From the UHGV virus genome UHGV-0091782: a DNA stretch of 38,471 nucleotides; one strand, written 5' to 3'. The translations under genes and the position numbers were made by a program. Position 1 is the stretch's first letter. Every line of letters begins with the position of its first letter. The notes beneath the pieces are model-generated. The model saw nothing but the letters and a program-made list of their open reading frames with translations, did not search any database and was not told the origin of the DNA. This stretch comes from a virus. Below, in pieces: positions 8,040 to 18,542 of this stretch.

Positions 8040-9088
8040 GAAATCGTCCCCAGTACCGCCAGTTCATTTTTTGCAATGGAGATATTGTCTGCCGGTGCAA
8101 GCAACTGATGGCTGTATTCCCCGTTCGCACCGGAAATCGCCTCACTGATACGCGATACCTTCAGTTCTCCCTGCGGATAACCATCACGCAGCAGGAACGA
8201 ACGCAACTCCGCGGTGATGGCAGCCCGTATTTCCGGTGTGTCCGGCGTCACGCGGATATGAAAATCCACCGTATGTGCCACCGGCCTGAACACATACAAA
8301 TCAGAGCCTGCCACCGGGACCAGTGGCTCGATATGTTGTCTTGCCGCCGTTTCCGTTGATTCTTCCGGAATGGGATTAATCAGGTCACTGCCGGCAATCA
8401 TCACACCGACAGTTCCCGTTCCCATCCAGTGACGGTATGTCCATGCGCGGGTAATGCCGGGCACTTCTTTAGCCCAGACGACATAGTCCCCGTCAGCCCC
8501 GCCCTGCGGCGTCCAGTAATACCGCTCAATGACGCGGGCGCGCCACGTTTCCAGCTCTTCAGTATCAAATCCGCCTGTCAGGGTGTCAGCCACACCGGAA
8601 GACGGCAGACCATTCACCGGCGTGACCAGGATTAATGACGTACCGTCGTCAGCGTTACCGACCGCGCCTGCACTTGAGCAGGCGATCGGCACGCGCAGGA
8701 CACCACCGGAGCTGGTTGCATCGGCAGTTGCCGTGTACTGAACCAGGTCATCGCGCTGAATAACACTCCCGGCGGTCACCTTCAGGCCATCGCTGACACC
8801 TTCCCAGCGCATATACCCGCTGGCAGCCGTGGCCCCCTTGCGCGGACACCGTTTCATCGCAGCATGTCGCGCCAGCCATGACTCATCACACAGGTCAGGC
8901 AGCATGTTCATTGCCAGATAATCGATGTAACCGTAAACCGTATGCAGCGCCGCCGCATACACCTTTGCCCGCACGTCTTCATCCATGCGCCGGAGCGTGT
9001 CGCTGACGTCCAGCCTGGCGAATAAATCGTTACGGAGCATACTGATATTTTCTGCCAGCGTCGGGCGATGAAATTCACTGTCCGCCAT
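8030..9088 (-). CDS. Baseplate J-like protein (Mu gp47-like)
   Basis: Size, overlap-coupled position and similarity to baseplate J-family proteins. Confidence 0.65.
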
Positions 9089-9503
9089 GCGTTATCGCAC
9101 TCCACAGATCATCAAAAGAAATCATTACCGGTCCGTCACGACGCCAGAGAGTGATACTGTTACCCAGTTCATTAATCCCGGTGCGGCGGATATCCAGATC
9201 AATACGGGACACCACGCCGTCATCAGTCATCCATTGCAGGCATTCGCGGATATACCCCCTTACCGTCTGCACCAGCTGATTGGTCAGTTTGCTGCGCTGA
9301 AGCAGCCACAGTCTGGAGCCGTAACGGTCATTCTGTACCGCAGGCCAGGTATCCCCCCACCATCCCATCGGGACGTCGGCGTTGTCATCAGGCTCCGCCC
9401 GCCGCCAGGTAAACAGGGAAATCACCACGGCGCGGGTCAGCGGATCCAGCGGTGCGCTGGCGCAGGTGCGTTTACCGTTCACCGTCAGCCACACTTCCAT
9501 CAT
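9075..9503 (-). CDS. Baseplate protein (Mu gp46-like)
   Basis: Small baseplate-module gene with ATGA overlap to neighbours. Confidence 0.5.
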   Translation of the reverse strand: MMEVWLTVNGKRTCASAPLDPLTRAVVISLFTWRRAEPDDNADVPMGWWGDTWPAVQNDRYGSRLWLLQRSKLTNQLVQTVRGYIRECLQWMTDDGVVSRIDLDIRRTGINELGNSITLWRRDGPVMISFDDLWSAITHGGQ

Positions 9504-10048
9504 GCCTCCATCGCTTTATCAGGTTTGTCGGTGTTACTGCCCTGACCGTTCTCTCTGTGACGATGCCCGTTATAGGCAAGCCGCATCGCTGACATGGTGG
9601 TGCCGCCGGAGTCGCACAGGTCTTTCACCTGTCCGGTCACTTCCAGGTCCATTTCAAAACGTGCCTTAGGCGCATTGCGAAACGTGATCGTTTTACCTGC
9701 ACCGTCCACCACGATCCCCTCCCGGGTCAGCGTCACGGACTGCCCCTGATCGTCATAGACAGCCACCTCACCCGTCTGCAGCCCTTTCAGGCGGTAGCGA
9801 CGGTCCGACACCGTAACAACCACCGCATGAGAACGGTCGCCATCCGGAAACAACACCACCGCTTCCGCACCGCTGTTTGCCCTTGCGGTAAAACCGTAGG
9901 GTTCAAGATGTTCAACCCCGGCTTTGGGTTCACCGGCAATCAGGGACACATCCACGGTCTGACATTTCGTGGCGGCACTGATGCTTTTCACCACGGCCCG
10001 CCCAATCAGGCCGAGGAGTTGTCGCTGCATGGCTTCAATCGTCCTCAT
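9500..10048 (-). CDS. Baseplate assembly protein V-like (spike/hub component)
   Basis: Position in the baseplate cluster; translationally coupled (TGATG) to the upstream gene. Confidence 0.55.
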   Translation of the reverse strand: MRTIEAMQRQLLGLIGRAVVKSISAATKCQTVDVSLIAGEPKAGVEHLEPYGFTARANSGAEAVVLFPDGDRSHAVVVTVSDRRYRLKGLQTGEVAVYDDQGQSVTLTREGIVVDGAGKTITFRNAPKARFEMDLEVTGQVKDLCDSGGTTMSAMRLAYNGHRHRENGQGSNTDKPDKAMEA

Positions 10049-11127
10049 CAGAACGGGTCCTCCTGTACTCTGGCTTTTTTCTTTTTCCGCGCGCCGGGGG
10101 CTTCGGGTTCAGGCAGATAAGCATCAGGCGGGCCGACACGGATTTCCGTCAGGGTGCCGTTCTGGTCCTGAGTAAACGTGACTTCCGAGACAAGCAGTTC
10201 GGTATTGTCGAAACCACAGACCGGATCGAAGACAATCACCCGCTGGTTGGGCTGCCACAGCGTACCGTTACCCTGTCGCCAGCCCTGCACCACATAGGTG
10301 GTTTCATCCGTCCGCGCCGCCCGTTGTCGGGCTTCAAAGTCAGCACGGGCAATACAGCCTGCCCCTGTGGCCTGCCCTGTCTGCCTGATATACATCGGAC
10401 GGTAACGGGAAATAAATGCGTCCTCTGTGCGGGCCCGCAGCGCGGTGGTGGTGGCCTCACCGAAATCATCGTCGTTTCCGGCACGCTGCCCCGCCACCTG
10501 GTAAACTGAAAACCGCTCCCGGATACTCTTCTCCGTATCACAGGAAAGGATGTTTTCCCCAAGTACCAGCGCGGTATGTGCCCGCGTTGAGCCAATACCG
10601 CCAATCACCAGCCTGCCGTGCGGGTCGTCGTAAGCCAGTGCCTGCTGCTGACCGAGTATTTTGTTGATCACCTCAATCACCGTTTCGCCGTGATCAGGCT
10701 GGACATCAGGAATAACACCCGACGGCGCACTGTTGTTCACCACCTCAATGCCGAAAGGCGCAGCAAGCGCCTGCGCAATCTGTACCAGCGATCGTCCGTT
10801 AAACTGTGTCGGTTCGGCTGCACAGTCAATCAGGTCAGCGGTCAGACTGCGTCCGGCAATACCGATGCTGACCGAACGGGCATCGTAACGAACGGGCGTC
10901 GCCTCCACCCAGCCAGTGATCACCAGCTCATCACCAATCAGCACCTCCACTTTTGAACCGTTTTTAATGCGCGGCTGAAGCGTGGTAATCCCCTCATATC
11001 CCGGCCACTGGTGGGTGATCTCCACACTGAAATCCCGCGCCAGCCGTTCAATACCGGCACCGATGCGCACCGATGTCCAGCCATTCCACTCCCGGCCATT
11101 TACCCGTAGCGTGACGTTATCGTTCAT
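10048..11127 (-). CDS. Baseplate hub / late-control D-like tail protein (Mu gp44-like)
   Basis: Size and position between the DNA-circularisation-like gene and gpV-like gene. Confidence 0.55.
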   Translation of the reverse strand: MNDNVTLRVNGREWNGWTSVRIGAGIERLARDFSVEITHQWPGYEGITTLQPRIKNGSKVEVLIGDELVITGWVEATPVRYDARSVSIGIAGRSLTADLIDCAAEPTQFNGRSLVQIAQALAAPFGIEVVNNSAPSGVIPDVQPDHGETVIEVINKILGQQQALAYDDPHGRLVIGGIGSTRAHTALVLGENILSCDTEKSIRERFSVYQVAGQRAGNDDDFGEATTTALRARTEDAFISRYRPMYIRQTGQATGAGCIARADFEARQRAARTDETTYVVQGWRQGNGTLWQPNQRVIVFDPVCGFDNTELLVSEVTFTQDQNGTLTEIRVGPPDAYLPEPEAPGARKKKKARVQEDPF

Positions 11128-12452
11128 TGCACTGGCACCTTCAGAGGGATCACCGGCACAAAGCCGGGATGCGTAATGGCATTACGCCGGATAATGTCCG
11201 CGTCACGCGCCGCGTTATCAAACCAGGTCGCCGCCAGCACCAGCGCGGGTAAAACCTCATCCGGTGTGCGCTGAATGATCCGTGCAGACTGTTCAAGGCG
11301 CGTGTTGATATCCGCATTCAGATCTGCTTTCACCCGGCGCAGCGCCAGAAACAGCGCATCACTGGTTGTACGGGACAACTCCTTATCAATTGCCGTATTC
11401 AGTGTGTCGCGAATGTCAGTCAGTTCTTCCCACGTCGGCAGATCAACCGTGTTTTTCACCGCCGGTGCATTGTTCAGTGCCGGATGCGTGACGGAAGGCC
11501 AGCCGGTGCTCTGCGCAGCTGTTGTTGCCTGCCCCACTGCGGCATTCTGCATCACCGCGGAAGTTGTTGGCGCAGGCAATCGGGTGACGGCATACGCCGC
11601 TTCGCTGATTGCGGTCGTACGAAGGGTGCTGGCAACCACGTTACGCTGCTGCGTCGCCGTAGCGGTGGTTTTACTGTCCGTTTCCCAGACGCCGCGCGGT
11701 TGCAGATCGCTGCCGAGGCTGACACCGGAAAGCGTTTTGATCATGGTGACCAGGTCGCTGGCGTTACCATAAAGGCGTTTCCCGGTACGCCACATTTTCT
11801 GCACCTGCTCAACGAAATTTTTGCCTGACGATGGCGGCGGCAGAAGTACCGAGATATCCCCCTGCAACAGCCTGGCGGCATCCGATACGGCAGAATCCAC
11901 CACTTTCATCGCATCAGAAATATACCCCAGCATTATGCTGGCATTACCGATAACGTCGTTCTGCACGAAATCCGCCACGCCATCGATACTGAAACCTCTG
12001 AAGCTGTCACTGATGCAGTCATCCAGTGCAGAACAGGATGACATCAGCGTCTGCGCCGTCGCCGCACCTGAAGTGGGGTAAGAGAGTTCTCCCGCTTCGA
12101 CAAACTTCAGGTCAAAGCGGACAATACGCCCTTCACTCTTCGATGTGCTGACCCGAACCTCTCCGTCAACACAGACTTTCAGCTCACCGTAAGTCGGATG
12201 GACAAGCGTGCCGGGACCGGGTTTATTCAGCGCGTCAATCAGGCGATCGCGCTGGTCAAAGCAGTCATCTCCCACCACATAAGCCGTGATGGACGGGCGG
12301 AAAGTGATTTTCCCCAGGTCTTCGGTATAGGGTTTGTCGCGGTTCGGGTATTCGTGCGTTTCCACACGACGACCGGTTCCCGCACTTTCTTCTTCAACCT
12401 TAAACGGCACACCGCGAAATGACGCGTCCTGAAGTCTGTCTTTCCACGTCAT
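11124..12452 (-). CDS. Tail protein with DNA-circularisation-like N-terminal domain (Mu gp43/N-like)
   Basis: Start placed at ATG 12452 (GGAG 6 nt upstream) rather than the track start at 12494; follows the tape measure. Confidence 0.5.
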   Translation of the reverse strand: MTWKDRLQDASFRGVPFKVEEESAGTGRRVETHEYPNRDKPYTEDLGKITFRPSITAYVVGDDCFDQRDRLIDALNKPGPGTLVHPTYGELKVCVDGEVRVSTSKSEGRIVRFDLKFVEAGELSYPTSGAATAQTLMSSCSALDDCISDSFRGFSIDGVADFVQNDVIGNASIMLGYISDAMKVVDSAVSDAARLLQGDISVLLPPPSSGKNFVEQVQKMWRTGKRLYGNASDLVTMIKTLSGVSLGSDLQPRGVWETDSKTTATATQQRNVVASTLRTTAISEAAYAVTRLPAPTTSAVMQNAAVGQATTAAQSTGWPSVTHPALNNAPAVKNTVDLPTWEELTDIRDTLNTAIDKELSRTTSDALFLALRRVKADLNADINTRLEQSARIIQRTPDEVLPALVLAATWFDNAARDADIIRRNAITHPGFVPVIPLKVPVQ

Positions 12453-12467
12453 ATAAACTCCGTACAT

Positions 12468-12489
12468 AAAAAATCCCACCGGAGTGGGA
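12468..12489 (-). terminator. Intra-operon hairpin plus T-run (stem tcccac/gtggga, loop cgga, 6 T on the minus strand) between tape-measure and baseplate genes
   Basis: Read in sequence; lies 16 nt upstream of the gp43-like start. Confidence 0.4.
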
Positions 12490-12512
12490 CTCATTAACAG
12501 ATTAATTTTTCA

Positions 12513-14348
12513 TTACCTGCCAAAGCGCGTATAGCCAACATCATGGCTGACATCAAAACCGCTGGATCGCGTTTCCATAACCCGCATCCCCGGAGGCGAA
12601 TTCACAAAAGAGACCTTGATCTCACCATCAACTTTTGGCGCAGAAGCTTTGTTAATCATGAAGGGATTCGGGCCTGTGGCACCGGAGGCGTTGTTTGACT
12701 GAGCCGGATCCACCGCCGGATAAGGTGTGTATCCCCGCGCCGGTATTCCCGTCCCATAAGCATCATAAGCACCCGCGCCCCACTGCGCAGAGTTAATGGC
12801 ATCGACCGTGTCACCGGAACTGTCGGTAAACCACTCAATAATTGGCTTCAGCTTGTCCCACATATCCTGAAACCACTTAACAACCGGTCCCCAGTTATTG
12901 ATCACCATCCCCAGCGGCGACCAGGCAAAAACCTTCTTAAGAAGTTCCCAGCCAGTCTCAAAATAAGGACCAATGGTTTCCCAGAGTTTCTTAAAATAAG
13001 GTCCGACAACATCCCAGTTAGTGATAATTAATCCCGCAGCCAGGGCTATCGCCGTCGCAATCATGCCAATCGGCGTCATCGACATGATCCTGCTGACAAT
13101 ACTGATGGCACCGCCAACGCCCATCAATCCCAGTTTCAGAATCGCAAGACCGGCAGCAAGCCCGACGACGCCGCGAATAACCCGGGGATTTTCATCCGCA
13201 AACTTCGTGAATTTCTCCCCCAACTCCCCCAGCCATTGCGTGATATTTTTAGCGTCACCAGAAAATGCGCTGCCAATAGCCGCAAGGCCGTTAGTTGCGG
13301 TCCCTGTCATTGCCTCCCACAGGTTGGACAGCGTACCAAGCTGTGCCTGAACACGTTTATTCAGGCTGGCCTGTTTATTCATCTTCTGCTGGATCTGATC
13401 GTAGCCATCCTTTCCTTTATCGATTAGTGCATTGACCACCTGAAGGGTTTCGGCATCATCACCAAATATTGCCTTAAGTACACCAGTTCGTTTAACGTCG
13501 GTCAGTTTCCGCAGCTTTGCCAGTTGCCTGAACATGTTATCAAGACCGCCAAAACTCCCTTTGCCGTCAGTAAAATCGAGCTGTACCCCGAGTTTCTGGC
13601 GGGCCATGATTTTATTGACGTCCCTGATTTTCTTAACGCTTAATCCGGACTGGATAACTTTTCGCAGGGCATTACCTGCCGACTCCCCGTTCATCCCCAT
13701 CTGATCCATCATGACGCTGATAGGGGCAAGGCTCTGTGCAGCCTGAAGTCCGTCCTTATTCACCATCTTCAGAACAGAACTGGTTTTAGTGAAGAAGGAC
13801 AACATGTTGGTATCGTCAACGCCCAGATAAAACGCTTTCTGGATAGTGTCGAACAGCCCCATCATGTCTTCTGACGCCGTTCCGGTAGCATCCTGCATCT
13901 TTGCGGCAAACTCGGCAGCCGCTTCCGGTGTTTTTTTCAGTTGTACCGCAAGATAAGCTGTCGCTTTACCCACACCGCCAAGAATGTTTTCTGCCGGGAT
14001 CCCCTGACGCACCAGCATCTGCATCATGTTCTGGAAATCAGCCGTTGTCCCGGGTAGCTGGTTACCCAGGCCAATAGCCAGTTTATTGATGTCCTGAAAG
14101 CGCTTTCCAACCTCGCCGTTCGCATCCATCATGGCGACTTTCAGCCCGGTGGCGGCGTTTTCCTGATCGGCATAAGATTTCAGGGAAAGCGTCAGACCCG
14201 CTGCCAGTCCGCCACCAAGCGCCAGCCCACCCTGTGACGCTTCTTCCGCCTGGCGTTTAAATCCCCGGATTTTCTTTTGCATTTTCGACAGCGCGGGAGA
14301 AAGCCTGTCGACACCGGTGATCAACGCCTTAAGCTCAAATTCAGCCAT
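12513..14348 (-). CDS. Tail tape measure protein
   Basis: 611 aa, Ala/Gly-rich helical N-terminal part and W-rich repeats (KLWETIGPYFETGWELLKKVFAWSPLGMVINNWGPVVKWFQDMWDKL); preceded by a frameshifted chaperone gene. Confidence 0.8.
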   Translation of the reverse strand: MAEFELKALITGVDRLSPALSKMQKKIRGFKRQAEEASQGGLALGGGLAAGLTLSLKSYADQENAATGLKVAMMDANGEVGKRFQDINKLAIGLGNQLPGTTADFQNMMQMLVRQGIPAENILGGVGKATAYLAVQLKKTPEAAAEFAAKMQDATGTASEDMMGLFDTIQKAFYLGVDDTNMLSFFTKTSSVLKMVNKDGLQAAQSLAPISVMMDQMGMNGESAGNALRKVIQSGLSVKKIRDVNKIMARQKLGVQLDFTDGKGSFGGLDNMFRQLAKLRKLTDVKRTGVLKAIFGDDAETLQVVNALIDKGKDGYDQIQQKMNKQASLNKRVQAQLGTLSNLWEAMTGTATNGLAAIGSAFSGDAKNITQWLGELGEKFTKFADENPRVIRGVVGLAAGLAILKLGLMGVGGAISIVSRIMSMTPIGMIATAIALAAGLIITNWDVVGPYFKKLWETIGPYFETGWELLKKVFAWSPLGMVINNWGPVVKWFQDMWDKLKPIIEWFTDSSGDTVDAINSAQWGAGAYDAYGTGIPARGYTPYPAVDPAQSNNASGATGPNPFMINKASAPKVDGEIKVSFVNSPPGMRVMETRSSGFDVSHDVGYTRFGR

Positions 14349-14759
14349 GTGTGCGTTTCTCCTGCTCTATCCTGTTTGCCTGACTGACCAGTAAGGGAAT
14401 TTCACTGATCGGCATATTCAGCAATTCGAAAGGATTAATGCGCCAGTAGCTGGCGCAGTCAAAGAAGCGATCAGTGAGGTATTCAGCCGTCAGGCCTGGA
14501 GGAAAAAACCGGCCACAAGCCACGCCGCTGCATTCAGGTCTGCCGGAGACATCTGGTCGACAGAGCTTTGCGGCACTTTCGCCAGCCGCACAATGTATTT
14601 CGACACCACATGCGCCAGAAGTCTGACTGACTCATCCTGATTCATCTGGTAGGGATACCCCAGCTCGCGGACATCCTTCCCGGTGGGCTCATCAAACTCC
14701 AGTACGGAGAGTGTCTCGCCATGAGCAGTAATCGGTTTCTTTAACTCAAGCTCTTTCAT
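14341..14759 (-). CDS. Tail assembly chaperone, extended product made by programmed -1 ribosomal frameshift
   Basis: The -1 frame after the slippery site reads FFPPGLTAEYLTDRFFD..., identical to ORF 14341..14523; analogous to lambda G/GT. Confidence 0.55.
14490..14759 (-). CDS. Tail assembly chaperone (short, in-frame product)
   Basis: 89-aa ORF between the tube and tape-measure genes. Confidence 0.65.
   Translation of the reverse strand: MKELELKKPITAHGETLSVLEFDEPTGKDVRELGYPYQMNQDESVRLLAHVVSKYIVRLAKVPQSSVDQMSPADLNAAAWLVAGFFLQA
14502..14508 (-). promoter_or_regulatory. Slippery heptamer T-TTT-TTC (programmed -1 frameshift site) 4 codons before the chaperone stop
   Basis: Minus-strand codons GGT TTT TTC CTC CAG GCC TGA; plus-strand gaaaaaa at 14502-14508. 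Confidence 0.55.
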
Positions 14760-15115
14760 TACTGGTAATCCCCTTCTTCACCGTGGAACTCAAGATCAAC
14801 CGTGCCTTCTTCGGCATTATGGTTCGCTTCGCCGTGCAGCCAGGCAGACGACAGTACATAGACCTGACCGTTCGCCAGCTCGGCAGTGATGGTCATCTCA
14901 TCAGACGAGGTGATTTTGCTCACCGGAAAATTCTTCGGCACCTTGAAGGTCCCTTTAACATAAGGCGCACGGTGAGTTTCCTTGCGGTCCACTGAACCGT
15001 CCAGGCCGATGATGTCATCATTGACCGTCCTGTTCATGGGCACCTCAATGCCGCCGGTCAGCGATAGCTGCTGACCGTCAATTTTGAAATAACAGGTTCC
15101 CCCGATACGGGCCAT
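14759..15115 (-). CDS. Tail tube protein
   Basis: 118 aa, directly downstream of the sheath gene with ATGA overlap. Confidence 0.7.
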   Translation of the reverse strand: MARIGGTCYFKIDGQQLSLTGGIEVPMNRTVNDDIIGLDGSVDRKETHRAPYVKGTFKVPKNFPVSKITSSDEMTITAELANGQVYVLSSAWLHGEANHNAEEGTVDLEFHGEEGDYQ

Positions 15116-16611
15116 TATGCGGACTCCTCTGAATACTGAAGACGGAACTGGTTAACCACGGCAAAGACACGCAACTGGTTAACATAGTCAGGCGGGAACA
15201 GCGTGTTCAGGCGGTTCGGATCGCTGGCATCACGCTCCACAACCAGGTACTGCTTGAACAGTTCGTAGTTTTCCACGATCCCCGCACGCTCGAGCTGACG
15301 GTAGGTTGCCAGCAGTTCCCCTTTGATCACTGCCGGGGTGACAATCGCCTGACCGGGACCAAAGCGGGTACCGTCACTGGCAAGCTTGTGACGCCCGTAC
15401 TTACTGGTAATGACGGATTTCAGTTTGCGCAGTACATACGCACTGGTATGCAGCGTCTCGCTGTCGAGGTAGCTGTTATCCGCAACCCCGTAAGCGTTTT
15501 TCCTGTACGTGGTGACATCACGCTGAATGCGCAGTACCCCGCTTTCGACATACGCCGTTGCCACGCCATGAGACAGCAGGGTCTGTTGTTCGGTCATCGT
15601 GAACCGTTTCCCCTTCGGCGCAGGCAGCATACCCACCAGCTCACCGGTCTGCGTGGGACGTGCCGGATCGTTGCGGATAAACACTGCTGCGCGGGCGGTA
15701 CGGCTTGCCGCCAGCTCGTCGGCAGGCGTCTGGGTCTCTTTTTCGTACCCCGCCAGGGTGATGTGCTGCTGGTTAAACTGGTCACCTGCGTTCACCAGTT
15801 CTGACAGTGTGCCGGTCTTTGCCGTATACACATGACCATACAGCTGACGCGCATAGCTCCAGCGACCGCTGGTATCGTTCATCTCGGTCACCAGCGTGTT
15901 AACGGAGGCCGTGTCGTTGAACGGCAGGCCGATATAATCAAACGGCTCATCCGCCATTGCAGCCACCGCGCCAGTGAGAACAGGAGAGCCCGTTCCTGCG
16001 GTCCCCGTCGCCACGGCAATCTGTACGCCCGCAGGCAGCACTTCGCCCCCACCAAAGCCGTAGTAATTGAGGCTGACAGGAATTTCATTCCCGCAAAGCC
16101 CCTTATGACGCGCGGTCAGTGTGACCACGCCTGCCGAAGATGAGGCCGTAAACGGCAGGGCCGGAACGGCATTGATGGCATCCTGGATACTGCTGGCAAT
16201 CGTCGCGACGTTATCGCCATTGGTCACCGGTGCCTGCACGCGGGTACGTCCCACATAAACATTCACCGTGCCGGTTTCGGTTGCCGCCCCGGTCACCGTC
16301 AGCGTAACTGTTGCTGCCGCGCCCGTGGATTCAGGAACGGCAATCACATACAGCTCGCCAAACGGGTCGGTCTGGCGATAAGCCTCGACCATACGCGCCA
16401 GCTGACTTCCCGCACCACAAATCTGGCGTGCATAGTCTGCCGATGGCATCAGCACCAGACTGTTGGCAACAATCTCTGCACCGTTATTGGCATGACCAAT
16501 CAGCAGCGATGCTCCGCTGTCCTGTGCAGTATTCGCCGCCTGGTTATCCATTTCCGCATAAAACAGCGGAACCAGCGTATTCGACGGAATGGTGTTAAAG
16601 CTTATCGTCAT
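15115..16611 (-). CDS. Contractile tail sheath protein
   Basis: 498 aa; conserved C-terminal sheath region; sheath-tube-chaperone-tape measure order. Confidence 0.85.
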   Translation of the reverse strand: MTISFNTIPSNTLVPLFYAEMDNQAANTAQDSGASLLIGHANNGAEIVANSLVLMPSADYARQICGAGSQLARMVEAYRQTDPFGELYVIAVPESTGAAATVTLTVTGAATETGTVNVYVGRTRVQAPVTNGDNVATIASSIQDAINAVPALPFTASSSAGVVTLTARHKGLCGNEIPVSLNYYGFGGGEVLPAGVQIAVATGTAGTGSPVLTGAVAAMADEPFDYIGLPFNDTASVNTLVTEMNDTSGRWSYARQLYGHVYTAKTGTLSELVNAGDQFNQQHITLAGYEKETQTPADELAASRTARAAVFIRNDPARPTQTGELVGMLPAPKGKRFTMTEQQTLLSHGVATAYVESGVLRIQRDVTTYRKNAYGVADNSYLDSETLHTSAYVLRKLKSVITSKYGRHKLASDGTRFGPGQAIVTPAVIKGELLATYRQLERAGIVENYELFKQYLVVERDASDPNRLNTLFPPDYVNQLRVFAVVNQFRLQYSEESA

Positions 16612-16773
16612 CGGTGTTCACCTTTTTATTCACGCGCCGGATATCACCCGCGGCTTCACGGCGCAGCCAGTAGTTGTTCTCATCAACATTTCGCCCCTCG
16701 GCGGGCAAAAGGTCGCCGCGGGCAGGGTCAGGAACTGACCGCCCTTTAACAGGTTTCACAAACATGAAGATTC

Positions 16774-17334
16774 TCAGGAAGGAAGGGTTATTTCGGTGTG
16801 ATGTTCGATATCGCCGTCAGGCCCGTTACCGGGCTCGAGATAATCAACATCAATCGCCAGCGTTTGCAGTTCATCCAGACTGTTCAGATCATCCTGCTGG
16901 CGGGTATCGTCTTCAGTCAGCTCGCTGATGACCGAAAAATCGAACTGATAAATCAGCTCATGACGATTCAGATCCAGCAGCGTGCCGCCGTCATAGGTAA
17001 TCGGGTTACCGCACGCCTCCGGGTTCCAGCCCAGCAGAGCCTTAAAGAGCATCTGCCGGACATCGTCCACCACATCATACGAGGCAAACTGACCGCGCTC
17101 ATCACGCCCGTTACTCAGTATGACAACCACGGAGAAACCCTCTTTCAGCTCCTGCCAGTAGTCGGTCTGGCTTTTGTTTTCTCCCGGAGAATCATCACCC
17201 GGTACAACATATGCCGCCGGGAGTTTCAGCTTTCCGACCTCCGGCAGATTTTTGAACTGGGCCGCGCCTGCAACCCGGTTTTCAAAATACGGACAGCGGG
17301 CACGCAGTGCAGCAATAACAGGCGTCAGTTTCAT
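16774..17334 (-). CDS. Virion morphogenesis / neck protein (hypothetical)
   Basis: Position between the head-completion genes and the sheath. Confidence 0.4.
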   Translation of the reverse strand: MKLTPVIAALRARCPYFENRVAGAAQFKNLPEVGKLKLPAAYVVPGDDSPGENKSQTDYWQELKEGFSVVVILSNGRDERGQFASYDVVDDVRQMLFKALLGWNPEACGNPITYDGGTLLDLNRHELIYQFDFSVISELTEDDTRQQDDLNSLDELQTLAIDVDYLEPGNGPDGDIEHHTEITLPS

Positions 17335-17837
17335 CTGTGTCGTCGCTCCGGCTTCAGTGATTTACGCAATTCCCGCGCCAGAAAATAGCGTGTCCAGCTG
17401 CGGTTCTTTTCAAGCGTTTCCACCATGAAGTTATTACGTGGAGCCAGTCGCCAGCCGCTGCCACCGGATGCACCACGATGATGGCTGCGACGACGCTTTG
17501 CCCCGCGCCTCACGCCATAGAACAAAAAAGCCGGATAAAAATCACCGGTGATACGGCGGTTTCCCTCTCCATTACGCTGGTTAGGGGCTATACGTGCCAT
17601 AAAACCAGGGCGATGTTTACTGGCTCTGGGTACCATGTAACCAATCGAACGAGCCAGGCGTCCGGTCTGATAACCGGGGTTTTCACCCGGTGCCGACCGC
17701 GCACGGCGCATCACCAGCCGACGGGCATCACGCATATGACGCTGACCAATCGTGACAAACGCCCGCCGGACACGGGCGCGGTTAAAGCGCATCTCCGCGG
17801 GCTGCTGAAAATCAACGTGCAAAAAGGAAGTCGTCAT
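17331..17837 (-). CDS. Head-tail joining / tail-completion protein (HK97 gp10-like, basic)
   Basis: Arg-rich 168-aa protein in the head-tail connector cluster. Confidence 0.4.
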   Translation of the reverse strand: MTTSFLHVDFQQPAEMRFNRARVRRAFVTIGQRHMRDARRLVMRRARSAPGENPGYQTGRLARSIGYMVPRASKHRPGFMARIAPNQRNGEGNRRITGDFYPAFLFYGVRRGAKRRRSHHRGASGGSGWRLAPRNNFMVETLEKNRSWTRYFLARELRKSLKPERRHR

Positions 17838-18222
17838 TGTTGCCTCCGTGACTCTGCCTACATTCGCCCAGCTCCGTACACTCCAGCAGCAGAAAGCGCC
17901 GCGCCCCGTTCAGATCGCGCTGACGTTTCACCCGGTACACACTGTCACCGCAGACCACCTCATAATCAGCGGTGATCCCCCGGCGATAACGAATGGTGAT
18001 GTAATGGGTGATGGCGTCCCCGGTCTGCGCGGTTTCCTGCCAGGTGGTGGCACTGGTCTGGACAACCTTCGCCCATGTCCGGAACGCAACCGGGTATTGA
18101 GGCTCCACGCCAAAGTTATCCGCGGGCATATCCACCCGCTGGCGGATCAGGACGCGTTTATTCAGTTCACCGGGGTCCGGCAGAATGTAGGTTGCGCTGG
18201 TCTGCGCCTGACGAATTTTCAT
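17812..18222 (-). CDS. Head-tail adaptor / head closure protein
   Basis: Synteny after the gp6-like connector. Confidence 0.45.
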   Translation of the reverse strand: MKIRQAQTSATYILPDPGELNKRVLIRQRVDMPADNFGVEPQYPVAFRTWAKVVQTSATTWQETAQTGDAITHYITIRYRRGITADYEVVCGDSVYRVKRQRDLNGARRFLLLECTELGECRQSHGGNNDDFLFAR

Positions 18223-18542
18223 TGCGGGAAATACCTGTACGGGCCGACAAGCCAGTTAAAGCTCATTGGCAACTCCATTTTCTCAACGTCTGTAACCGAC
18301 GAGCGATTTTCGTAAAAATGGCTGATAAGCATCAGCATCCCCAGACGAATATCATCCGGCAGGTGCAGCCCGTCCGGATCGCTGTCCGGAATGGTTTCAT
18401 CCGGAGCATAGAGCTTCCGGTTCAGATACGTTTCCGTCCGCTTTTGCGCCGCACAGGCCAGCAGTTGCAGATGACGGTCATCAGCATCGAAATCCTCATC
18501 CAGCCGGAGTTGGGCTTTAATCTCTTCCATTGTCAGAAGCAT
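18219..18542 (-). CDS. Head-tail connector protein (gp6-like)
   Basis: MLLTMEEIKAQLRLDEDFDADD... pattern typical of gp6-like connector proteins; follows the capsid gene. Confidence 0.55.
   Translation of the reverse strand: MLLTMEEIKAQLRLDEDFDADDRHLQLLACAAQKRTETYLNRKLYAPDETIPDSDPDGLHLPDDIRLGMLMLISHFYENRSSVTDVEKMELPMSFNWLVGPYRYFPQ

Noticed and set aside
16595-16765. 56-codon minus-strand ORF between the neck gene and the sheath gene
   Set aside because: No ribosome-binding site, and it overlaps the sheath start in another frame; insufficient support.
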